From Vulcanimicrobiota bacterium (GTDB taxonomy: Bacteria > Vulcanimicrobiota > JAJTBE01): DNA of 64,000 bases. A model generated the notes under the pieces. It had not been told where the DNA came from. It saw only the letters and a program-made list of their open reading frames with translations, and did no database searches. Location of the stretch: NCBI GenBank assembly GCA_021107945.1, contig JAIORV010000023.1:56885-120884 (forward strand), in the 5' to 3' direction. Position 1 is the first letter of the stretch. The number at the start of each line of letters is the position of its first letter. The position numbers were made by a program, and so were the translations under genes. Positions 56,421 through 64,000 of this stretch are shown piece by piece.

Positions 56421-56458
56421 AGGTGATAACAGGTGTTTTTCAGGTGATAACAAGTGTT
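56421..56458 (+). repeat. Two 17-nt direct repeats AGGTGATAACA(G/A)GTGTT, 21-nt period
   Basis: Lie within a 470-nt non-coding region that also holds four perfect hairpins (56477-56496, 56531-56546, 56561-56576, 56614-56633). Confidence 0.7.
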
Positions 56459-56827
56459 ATAAGGGGTTTAGGACAGCACCACAATTTATTGTGGTGAATT
56501 GGAGTGCAAACCCCACCACTACAGCGTCCTAACCACTTCAGTGGTTTATATCATCAAAAAAACCGTTGAAACGGTTAAATTGAGGTGGGAGGTAGGTTTT
56601 ATAGGCTTCTAACCACCCGATTAAAATCGGGTGTTGTCTTAAAAACTCGAAAAGTTTATAAATATTGTGAAATATGGCTATAAGGCTATTAAAGAATATT
56701 TCTCAATCGCATTTTTGACAAATTGAGTGATTTAATTAAAAGATATCAGGTGTGCGAAATCTAAAAAGACGTAATCCTGAACTTGTTTCAGGGCTTCAGT
56801 GTTCTCTGCGGTGAACAGTAACAATCC

Positions 56828-57814
56828 TCACTTTGGAAACAGATCATTTAACGGTGCGTATATTTTTGCGAATGTTGTTATAATTCTGTATCCCATATAT
56901 CCTGCAATTACCAGGTATAATACAACGGGGAGGATGGTAAAAACAATGTTTGTTGTGCGCTCAAGATCCTGCCCCAGTAGTTCCGCCGATTTACCCAGCA
57001 TAAACGGCAGGTTTCCTGACTGTTCGCCGGAATGTATCATCTGCAGGCACATATCGGGGAACATGCCGGTTCTCTTTAGGCAAGCTGTAAAAGGTTGGCC
57101 GCCCTGGATGCAGGGAGCTATTGTGAGGAATTTCGATCTTGCCATTGCATTTCCGCATGCGCCGGCGGCGGTCTTCACTGACAAATCCAGGTCAATCCCG
57201 GCTTCTGAAAGGTCGGCAAGCACCAACATGAATCTATAGACGGATCGGGCGCGGAAAAAGCCTCCCAGGATGGGGAAATAGAGAAACACTGCATCGACAC
57301 CCTCCCTTATTCCGGGGATCGAGCTGATCGTCCGGTAAAGGAATACCAGGGAAAAAACCGTCGCATATAAAATAGCCAGGGGTATCAGGGTAGCTTTCAA
57401 ATATGCCCCAATGCATTCCGTAAAGATAAGAACAAGCGGGGGAATAAATATACCGGCGTGAATAAGCACTATAGGATATATCAACTTTGAGAGGGTCTGT
57501 TGCTGGAGGTTGTACATCCGTTCAAGGTAAGCGGCGATATTCTTGAGACGAACCTCAAGCTGCCCTCCCACCTCACCGGCTTTAACCATCATAATTACCA
57601 TCGTGTCAAAATAGCCCGGGAATTGCGCCAGCGCATCCGAGAGAGATTGTCCATCACGGACAAGAGGAGTTATGGAGTTGACAACCTTTCTCACCTTGGC
57701 ACTGGGTGATTTTGCAAGCGCCTCAAGACATCCCATAAAGGGCATTCCCGATTCTATAAGAGTTGCCAGTTGGCGAAAAAAGTTGGCCTTATCCCTCAAG
57801 CTCATTCCAAACAT
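56828..57814 (-). CDS. Type II secretion / type IV pilus platform protein family (GspF/PilC-like, T2SSF domains), no partner genes in the window
   Basis: N-terminus LRDKANFFRQLATLIESGMPFMGCLEAL, with a second repeat FMLVLADLSEAGIDLDLSV. 328 aa. No partner ATPase or secretin nearby. Confidence 0.7.
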   Translation of the reverse strand: MFGMSLRDKANFFRQLATLIESGMPFMGCLEALAKSPSAKVRKVVNSITPLVRDGQSLSDALAQFPGYFDTMVIMMVKAGEVGGQLEVRLKNIAAYLERMYNLQQQTLSKLIYPIVLIHAGIFIPPLVLIFTECIGAYLKATLIPLAILYATVFSLVFLYRTISSIPGIREGVDAVFLYFPILGGFFRARSVYRFMLVLADLSEAGIDLDLSVKTAAGACGNAMARSKFLTIAPCIQGGQPFTACLKRTGMFPDMCLQMIHSGEQSGNLPFMLGKSAELLGQDLERTTNIVFTILPVVLYLVIAGYMGYRIITTFAKIYAPLNDLFPK

Positions 57815-57959
57815 GATTCATCTCCGTATATAAGCTGTTTATAGTTATTAGTGATATTTTTTACCGCAAAGACCACAAAGGAAAATCGGATATTTTCATT
57901 GTTATAATAGGGACTTCCCTGAACCTGCTCAATATCCTGTAAACCTTTTTCGCGGACAC

Positions 57960-58101
57960 TTGCAAAAATTACGCCAGGGTGTATAATGAAATTGACCGGT
58001 GTATTCCTCCTGGCTTCGCTACGCTACGCCATACGGAATACACCAGGAAGGCATACCCTACGACTCTCATACAAACTGGAACATAAAATGGGGGCAGGTC
58101 A
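57960..58101 (+). mobile_element. IS right-end remnant (142 nt), copy 1
   Basis: 1 mismatch in 142 nt versus 61197-61338. It includes the last codons of an rve-type transposase (..CKNYA(R/K)V), an internal 10-bp inverted repeat, and a terminal ..CAGGTCA. Confidence 0.75.
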
Positions 58102-58160
58102 CCTGATCTCATCGAAAGCTTTTAACATTGAAGTTGGAATCATTTAGTGGGAGACAAATT

Positions 58161-58502
58161 ATGTTTATTTCCTCAAGCTTCCTATCCAATGTGCCCAAAT
58201 ATCCTGCCGTTTATGCAATGTATGGTGGAACCGGCCGTAGTCAATATGTTGCATACGTCGGAATTGCAAAAAACCTTCGGCAACGTCTGGAACAGCACCT
58301 TATCAGGCGTGATAGCAGTGTTACAACAGGGACTTCAGCATCAACACTTAATCCTGACTATGTTACTGAAATAAGATGGTGGACCCATTCGAGGTTTTCG
58401 GACAGGGCAGCACTTGAAGCTGCTGAGATTATTGCTTTTAACCTGGCACAACTTTTGGGGGGAAGGTCAATATCTTGGACATCGCACAGGATTTTTATAT
58501 AA
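58161..58502 (+). CDS. GIY-YIG nuclease-superfamily small protein
   Basis: AVYAMYGG...YVGIAKNLRQRLEQH (GIY..YIG..R..H pattern). GGGAGA lies 6 nt upstream of ATG 58161. The C-terminus looks atypical. Confidence 0.6.
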   Translation: MFISSSFLSNVPKYPAVYAMYGGTGRSQYVAYVGIAKNLRQRLEQHLIRRDSSVTTGTSASTLNPDYVTEIRWWTHSRFSDRAALEAAEIIAFNLAQLLGGRSISWTSHRIFI

Positions 58503-58669
58503 TATTTCGGAAGTAAATTTCTAAGTTCTTATTAATAGATAACCTGCAAAGTAAGAGGATATCGACAAACGTTTTGTTTAATTAACAAAGTGGTTCACGA
58601 ACGTCCATTAGATCAAATTGCAGGGATTCCAGGCAGGTAGCATATGCCGGAATCCAGTGAGGGAAATCT

Positions 58670-60118
58670 ATGAAATATTCAGTAGCAAAGATATTCTATA
58701 TTGCTTTACTGCTGCTGTTATTGCCAGGTGCCATCGGGTTTTGCCAGGAGCGCGAGGAAGCTCTCAAGCTACTTAAGGAGGGGAACAGCTTTCACCGGGG
58801 CAATAAGTTTACAGATGCCCCGGAGAAATACCGGACAGCTTTACATGTAGCGAGAAAAGTGGGAGACTGCCAGACCGAATCAGAGGTTCAGCGAAAAATA
58901 GGAACCTGCTATCGCTTTCTTAACATGGAAAATAGAGCCATGGACTTCTATGCCTGCAAAACCGAGATCGGTAACAATCAAAATCACCTTGACAATATTT
59001 TAGATATTGCTCGTAAGACGAGACCAGCACCCGAATTTATTGATCATATTGTTGATTACACGATAGATAATGATATGAAAAAATCAATTAAGAACCTGTT
59101 AGAAAAATCAGTCGGTCAAACATTTGAAGAATCGAACATCCAGCCATCGAATAAAGGTTTACCAGGTGGCAATCCGCTGTTTCTTGTCCGGGATTCACAA
59201 GGAAATTTGAAGTATACTGTGAAGATCTTTCATTTATCTGCTCCCTGGAACACTTTCACAAAAGAGCTTTCGGGACTTCAGCTTGCTTCTACAATTCACA
59301 GTAAGGTTTTTTGCTTTGTTTCTGCACAAGCTGTCGGAAAATGTCGCGTTGATAACAATCTTTACGGTCTTCTGGCAACTGCTCCTCCTGCAGGTGAAAG
59401 CCTGGCAGGTCTGGTATCAAAAATATCTTCTACCAGACAGGATAGCGCTGAAAGAGCGGAGGCTTTTCACAACATACAACGGGCCTTTGGAAAACTTGGC
59501 GCTGCATTTGCAGAGCTTCACAATATGCGAACTGAAAAGAAGCAGGGCGTCCACCCTGCAATTCTAAAATATGGAAAAGAGCTTCTCTGTGCAAAACCAC
59601 TTACTTCCAGAAGCTATGGAATCGATCCCATGATGCTACAGAAATACTTTTATTCACTTGCAAACAGCGCCTCAAACACAGAAATTAAGCGCAGCTATGC
59701 CCATGGAGATATAATCCTGGACAACTTCATCTATGATGCAAAGTCAGACTCCCTCACCATGATTAATTTAGCATTCTTTTCGGATTCTGCCGACCAGGAG
59801 GGAAATCCAATACAAAATGCAATATTTGATTATATTGGCTTAATCGAGCAGATCGAACAGTTCAAAAATTCCCCTGACATTACTAAAAAAGAGTACAGGG
59901 AAATCAAAGAAGCTTTTCTGAGCGCGTATGGCTCTCCCCCGGCTGAAGGTAAAGGCGAAGAATTTTTCACCCTTCTATATCGTCTTGCAATAGTCTTCTG
60001 GACTTCGGAGATTCTGGATTGGAAAACAGACAGTTCTGAAGAAGTCAAGAGCTGGCTGGAGCCTTCACTTGATAATATTAGAAAAATGCTTTCAACATAT
60101 CAAGAAAGTATCGAATAA
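58670..60118 (+). CDS. Secreted protein with an N-terminal TPR-like region and a protein-kinase/APH-like fold
   Basis: Signal peptide MKYSVAKIFYIALLLLLLPGAIGFC. Kinase catalytic-loop-like HGDIILDNFIYD. Confidence 0.55.
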   Translation: MKYSVAKIFYIALLLLLLPGAIGFCQEREEALKLLKEGNSFHRGNKFTDAPEKYRTALHVARKVGDCQTESEVQRKIGTCYRFLNMENRAMDFYACKTEIGNNQNHLDNILDIARKTRPAPEFIDHIVDYTIDNDMKKSIKNLLEKSVGQTFEESNIQPSNKGLPGGNPLFLVRDSQGNLKYTVKIFHLSAPWNTFTKELSGLQLASTIHSKVFCFVSAQAVGKCRVDNNLYGLLATAPPAGESLAGLVSKISSTRQDSAERAEAFHNIQRAFGKLGAAFAELHNMRTEKKQGVHPAILKYGKELLCAKPLTSRSYGIDPMMLQKYFYSLANSASNTEIKRSYAHGDIILDNFIYDAKSDSLTMINLAFFSDSADQEGNPIQNAIFDYIGLIEQIEQFKNSPDITKKEYREIKEAFLSAYGSPPAEGKGEEFFTLLYRLAIVFWTSEILDWKTDSSEEVKSWLEPSLDNIRKMLSTYQESIE

Positions 60119-60216
60119 TGTTTTGTCCCTGGCAACTCGCCGGAACTTCAATCACCAAATCCCCGACAGTATTCCGACTTTGATTAACTGCAAGATCAAT
60201 TATTGGATTCCGCGGT

Positions 60217-60903
60217 TTAGTAATATCCTTTGCCAGGGATTATATGTCTCACTCCACCTCGCGGATCTTCCATATCACCTTTTCTTCGAGGTATTAGATG
60301 AATGTGGCAATGAAGTATTGTCTGACCTGCACTTTCACCGTTATTTATTCCTATATTGAATCCTGTAACGGTCGCATCGTCTTTTTCAATGGACTCCTTG
60401 GTTTGGTTAATAAGTTGAGTGCAAGCATTAATTTCTGCCTGACCTAAACTAAAGTATTCTTAAATATGTCGTTTGGGTATTATTAAAGAGTGCATTTCTG
60501 TGACAGGGAAGCCATCACGAATTGTAAAGGCTAACTCATTCTCTATAACAAACTGCGCTTTGTTTATTTCGCAAAACAGGCAATCTTTTTTCCGCTCTAA
60601 ATAAGATTCTCTAATACTACGAAAATCCGTGTCGTCACGGTCTCGTTTCATGGCATTACACTTGTAACAAAGAGTCTGAAGGTTATTTGCATTATCACTT
60701 CCACCCAAGTTTCTTGGAATTATATGATCTACTTCAAGTGCTCTCACATCTGCTGAAATCCCACAAAGCTCACAATGGAATTTTGCCCTTTTAAGAACCT
60801 CATATTTCAAGGTGCCACTTATATATCCTGATGATTTTCTCCTATGGCTCCATATTGCTATGCCTCTTTTTTTGATATAATCCTGAAGTCTTTGTTTGCA
60901 CAT
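60217..60903 (-). pseudogene. HNH endonuclease - HIT hydrolase fusion gene, interrupted by one in-frame TAA and 5'-truncated next to an IS fragment
   Basis: HNH motif: FHCELCG..LEVDHIIPRNLGGSDNANNLQTLCYKCNAMK. HIT motif: AFTIRDGFPVTEMHSLIIPKRHI-stop(60460-60462)-EYFSL...GQTILHCHIHLIPRRKGD. Both are in the same frame. Confidence 0.75.
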
Positions 60904-60969
60904 GACTATCAGCTCGTTTATCTCGTTATCCGATAATTGCTCAAACCCAATAAGACTGTAAAGGGTTAC

Positions 60970-61338
60970 CTGCGTAGCTGCCGGGTTGGCACCATGTTCA
61001 TCGAGCCTGGCAGCCCGTGGGAGAATGGTTACATCGAGAGTTTTAACGGTAAGCTGCGGGACGAGTGTCTCAATGGCGAATTGTTCCTCAGTAGAACCGA
61101 GGCAAAATATGTGGTAGAGCGTTGGCGCCAGGATTACAATCATCATCGGCCCCATAGCCGTTTGGGCTGGCAGACGCCTGCTTCTTTTGCGGCCTCTTGC
61201 AAAAATTACGCCAAGGTGTATAATGAAATTGACCGGTGTATTCCTCCTGGCTTCGCTACGCTACGCCATACGGAATACACCAGGAAGGCATACCCTACGA
61301 CTCTCATACAAACTGGAACATAAAATGGGGGCAGGTCA
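60970..61338 (+). mobile_element. Truncated rve-type (IS3/IS481-like) DDE transposase 3' fragment plus IS right end, copy 2
   Basis: Encodes ..[26 protein letters not shown]...[22 protein letters not shown]. No N-terminal part. The last 142 nt duplicate 57960-58101. Confidence 0.8.
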
Positions 61339-61339
61339 A

Positions 61340-61392
61340 CTGTAGGAGAGGCTTCCAGCCTCGATTTTCGTGGCAAGATGCCACTCCTACAA
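61340..61392 (+). repeat. 53-nt element with 8-bp terminal inverted repeats (TGTAGGAG...CTCCTACA), copy 1
   Basis: Internal hairpins AGGC-TTCCA-GCCT and TGGCA-AGA-TGCCA. Repeated at 61819-61871 with 2 mismatches. Abuts the IS end. Confidence 0.8.
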
Positions 61393-61703
61393 ATAATACC
61401 ACTGAATTAAGGTCAGGAGTTACGCATTTTTAAGTGGTTTTTGCTGTGAAAACAAAGACAATTCATCCGACAACTTACAACCGACGACTGTCATCCTTTT
61501 ATCGGGACGGGGACGTCCCTCCTACAAATAAAGCCACCGAATTAAGGTCAGGAGTTACGCATTTTCAAGTGGTTTTTGCTGTGAAAACAATAACAATACA
61601 TCCGACAACTTACAACCGACGACTTTCGTCCTTTTATCGGGACGGGGACGTCCCTCCTACAAATAAAGCCACTGAATTAAGCTCAGGGATTATGCATTTT
61701 TAA
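61384..61703 (+). repeat. Tandem repeat, 135-nt unit, about 2.4 copies
   Basis: CTCCTAC anchors at 61384, 61519 and 61654. Each unit ends with TATCGGGACGGGGACGTCCCTCCTACAAATAA. Confidence 0.9.
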
Positions 61704-61818
61704 TGCGGAATGGCATGAGAATGTCGATGAATCCCATAGGACATCTCACATTGTGGTTACAATCCAGCGCCAATACCTGAATCACCTACGTGTTTATTCG
61801 CTAATTCATGGGTATTGA

Positions 61819-61871
61819 CTGTAGGAGAGGCTTCCAGCCTCGATTTTCGTGGCAAAATCCCACTCCTACAA
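61819..61871 (+). repeat. 53-nt TGTAGGAG...CTCCTACA element, copy 2
   Basis: Direct repeat of 61340-61392. Confidence 0.8.
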
Positions 61872-62044
61872 GGGAGGACTGAATGCTTACAAATAAAATA
61901 AAACCCACCAACTGAAGCGCAGCACATTCTATTGATTCGCCCCTGTGCAACTTGAAAAAGCGCTTTATGGCAGGTTCATTATTCAATTGTCTTTCCCATT
62001 GAAATATCATGGGATACTATAAATTATTTTAATAAATATGACAG

Positions 62045-62401
62045 TTAGTCGGCGAATGCAAGATAGGCGGGTATTAATATGCCGACAAATGGTACTATAA
62101 TTAACACACCAACCCAATTTGGCTTATTACGGGCAACCGCAATATCCATCCAAATTATTATTGCAGCCACAATATTTGCAATGGGTAAAAAGAATAGTAT
62201 AACCCACCACATTGGCTTACCTGCAATATTTACCATCAAGATAATATTTAAGATTGGAATCCAGGCATACCAAGCATTTTCCGTTTCGGTCTTCTGGGCT
62301 ATTACCATTAATGTGTAGGCAAAATACGCATAAACAACGGCAAACACTATTAAAGGTATTATCATCGCCATACAACCGGCAGCTCCTCCTCCATCATCCA
62401 T
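62045..62401 (-). CDS. Small integral membrane protein (3 TM segments)
   Basis: 118-aa hydrophobic ORF (..NIAGKPMWWVILFFLPIANIV..). Confidence 0.55.
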   Translation of the reverse strand: MDDGGGAAGCMAMIIPLIVFAVVYAYFAYTLMVIAQKTETENAWYAWIPILNIILMVNIAGKPMWWVILFFLPIANIVAAIIIWMDIAVARNKPNWVGVLIIVPFVGILIPAYLAFAD

Positions 62402-62501
62402 TTACAGATCCCCCTCCTCTCATTAAAAATTATACAATTACACTCAAATTACTTCGACTAGTCTTTCAGTTTCCCTTTATGTCGTAAATATTTAGCAAAT
62501 A

Positions 62502-63233
62502 TCAGAATCCAGCTTTTGTCCATATTTCGGGTAGAATCTCCCCCGCCTTGCCCCGTATTGACACATCCATATCATTGGTGATAGGTGTGCTTTTGGGATT
62601 TATCTCTATAACTTTTGCTCCCATTTTTTTTGCTATCAAGGGGAGATAAGCTGCGGGTTGAACCATCGCCGACGTACCGATTACAAGGAAAACATCGCAT
62701 TTCTCCGAGTGCTCCACCGCAAGCTGAATTTTCATGGGATCCGGGGATTCGCCGAACCATACTATATGGGGACGGAGCAAAGCACCACAACTTTCACATT
62801 TTGGAAGCGGGTCATCTCCCAATGTAAAGTCGAGAATCGTTCTCCCGACGGTGCATCTCGATTTAAAAAGGTTGCCATGAAGCTCCAGCATCTTTTTACT
62901 GCCCGCCCTCCTGTGAAGTCCGTCAACATTCTGAGTTATGAGCAGGAAGTCATCGAAACAATCTTCCATCTTTTCAATTACTTCATGCGCCGGATTGGGT
63001 CGGCAACCCAGGACAAGCTTTTGCCTGTATCCATACCATTCCCATACAAGCTCCGGATTTCTATTGAAAGCTTCCGGTGTGGCAAGCTCTTCAGCGCGGT
63101 ATTTTTTCCACAAACCGCCTTCTCCTCGAAATGTTGGGATATTGCTTTCCGCCGACACGCCCGCACCGGTCAGAACCGCAACTGTTTTCGCCGTTTTCAG
63201 TATCTCAACCGCTCTGGTAATTTCATCAACCAT
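62502..63233 (-). CDS. cobB: NAD-dependent protein deacylase, Sir2 family
   Basis: GAGVSAESNIPTFRG..GLW, QNVDGLH, VWFGE and a typical 243-aa length. Confidence 0.85.
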   Translation of the reverse strand: MVDEITRAVEILKTAKTVAVLTGAGVSAESNIPTFRGEGGLWKKYRAEELATPEAFNRNPELVWEWYGYRQKLVLGCRPNPAHEVIEKMEDCFDDFLLITQNVDGLHRRAGSKKMLELHGNLFKSRCTVGRTILDFTLGDDPLPKCESCGALLRPHIVWFGESPDPMKIQLAVEHSEKCDVFLVIGTSAMVQPAAYLPLIAKKMGAKVIEINPKSTPITNDMDVSIRGKAGEILPEIWTKAGF

Positions 63234-63244
63234 TTTATTTCCTC

Positions 63245-64000
63245 TTATTTCCTCGTTTTAATTATATATTCTGTCATTTCTATATATTCGTCAACGGACA
63301 GAGTTTCCCCCCTCCTTTTTGGCTCCATGCCCAGACCTTCCAGTATTTCCTTTGTTCTTTCACTATCGAATCCGGGGATTGATCCGCGCAAGGCCTTTTG
63401 CAGTTGCTTTCTTCTTTGCTCAAAAGCGGCGCGAACAATGGTGAAAAATGTCTTCTGAAAATCTCTGCCCCTGTATTTTTCCTGAAGGTCTTTGAATTTT
63501 ATCGATATCAGTGATGAATCTACTTTTGGCGGAGGAATAAAGACTGAGGGCGGTATATTGAAAAGAATTTTCACATCGGCAAAAAACTGGACAAAAACGG
63601 AAATGCGTCCGTATTCTTTTACTCCTGGGGGTGATACTATTCTTTGTGCCACTTCTTTTTGAATGAGAAGGTGAACATCTGTGATATTTTCCCTTCCCTT
63701 CTCGATAAGTTTCTCGATGATGGGAGAGGTTATGTTGTATGGAATATTCCCCATAACCCGCCATTTACCGGCCTCACCCTCCATGAATTCGGCAATGTCC
63801 CATTTCAGGAAATCTATGAATCGCACTTCTAGGTTTTGGTGTTTTTCGGAAATCAAACGCAGGTTATTTTCGAAGTCCCTGTCTATCTCGAAAGCAATGA
63901 CCTTCCCTGCCTTTTGGGCAAGAATTTCCGTCAAAAGCCCCGTGCCGGGACCTATTTCTATAATATTGTCATCGGGCTTGATATTGGCGGAATTGACAAT
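63245..64000 (-). CDS. rsmA: 16S rRNA (adenine1518/1519-N6)-dimethyltransferase, 5' end outside the window
   Basis: EIGPGTGLLT SAM motif (63935-64000 is in frame) and GNIPYNITSPII. 11 nt upstream of cobB. Confidence 0.9.
   Translation of the reverse strand: MVNSANIKPDDNIIEIGPGTGLLTEILAQKAGKVIAFEIDRDFENNLRLISEKHQNLEVRFIDFLKWDIAEFMEGEAGKWRVMGNIPYNITSPIIEKLIEKGRENITDVHLLIQKEVAQRIVSPPGVKEYGRISVFVQFFADVKILFNIPPSVFIPPPKVDSSLISIKFKDLQEKYRGRDFQKTFFTIVRAAFEQRRKQLQKALRGSIPGFDSERTKEILEGLGMEPKRRGETLSVDEYIEMTEYIIKTRK

Noticed and set aside
56421-56458. DnaA boxes or replication origin
   Set aside because: The GTGATAAC repeats do not match TTATCCACA/TGTGGATAA. There are no dnaA or dnaN genes and no AT-rich unwinding element pattern nearby.
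61434-61703. 89-aa ORF reading through the tandem array
   Set aside because: It exists only because the 135-nt repeat period is a multiple of 3. It has no SD, and the sequence is built from intergenic repeat words.
61340-61871. Possible CRISPR array
   Set aside because: The repeats are 135-nt tandem units without unique spacers. No short (about 25-40 nt) repeat regularly interspaced with unique sequence, and no cas genes, occur anywhere in the window.

Overview
This is a 64-kb chromosomal window from a low-GC (about 40% by eye), diderm, flagellated bacterium. I cannot assign a lineage from sequence alone. The dense interspersed short repeats and frequent GTG/TTG starts suggest an uncultivated or enrichment-type genome. 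Recognisable core genes, in order: partial radical-SAM gene; Amidase_2 cell-wall amidase; GT-C-like membrane protein; aspartate aminotransferase; a membrane-anchored protein of about 30 ankyrin repeats, directly abutted (TAA-ATG) by a degenerate PRTase gene; PQQ-like propeller; class II FBP aldolase; HD-domain dNTPase-like gene in an AT-rich islet; a flagellar block (fliK-like, FlhB-CTD-like, flgF, flgG, rod-binding flgJ-N); the outer-membrane biogenesis operon bamA, skp-like (3 genes), lpxD, unknown 600-aa gene, lpxC, fabZ, DegT-type aminotransferase, lpxA; membrane pyrophosphatase; RibU-like ECF S component; GT-C plus GT2 glycosylation genes; tRNA-Leu(UAA); RelE/ParE toxin-antitoxin (TA) pair; MacB-type permease with no ATPase gene in the window; REC-histidine kinase; ATP-grasp, membrane, lipoprotein and TPR cluster; a T2SS-F-like gene with no partner secretion genes in the window; an IS-scarred islet (GIY-YIG, secreted kinase-like, HNH-HIT); cobB; partial rsmA. 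No CRISPR array, reverse transcriptase, rRNA or intact transposase was seen. The most notable observations are: (1) a gingipain-like lipoprotein gene split by an 11-G tract right after its lipobox; (2) lpxC and lpxA both lack any ATG/GTG/TTG start and carry SD-6nt-ATC/ATT; (3) several families of interspersed short repeats, one consistently placed just 3' of stop codons, one looking like a portable extended -10 promoter with a 5' hairpin; (4) a TA cassette bracketed by two copies of a perfect sigma70 promoter beside the tRNA; (5) a decaying islet bounded by two 142-nt IS-end copies, containing an HNH-HIT fusion with a single in-frame TAA. All functional calls come from motif recognition by eye. 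No database search was run.
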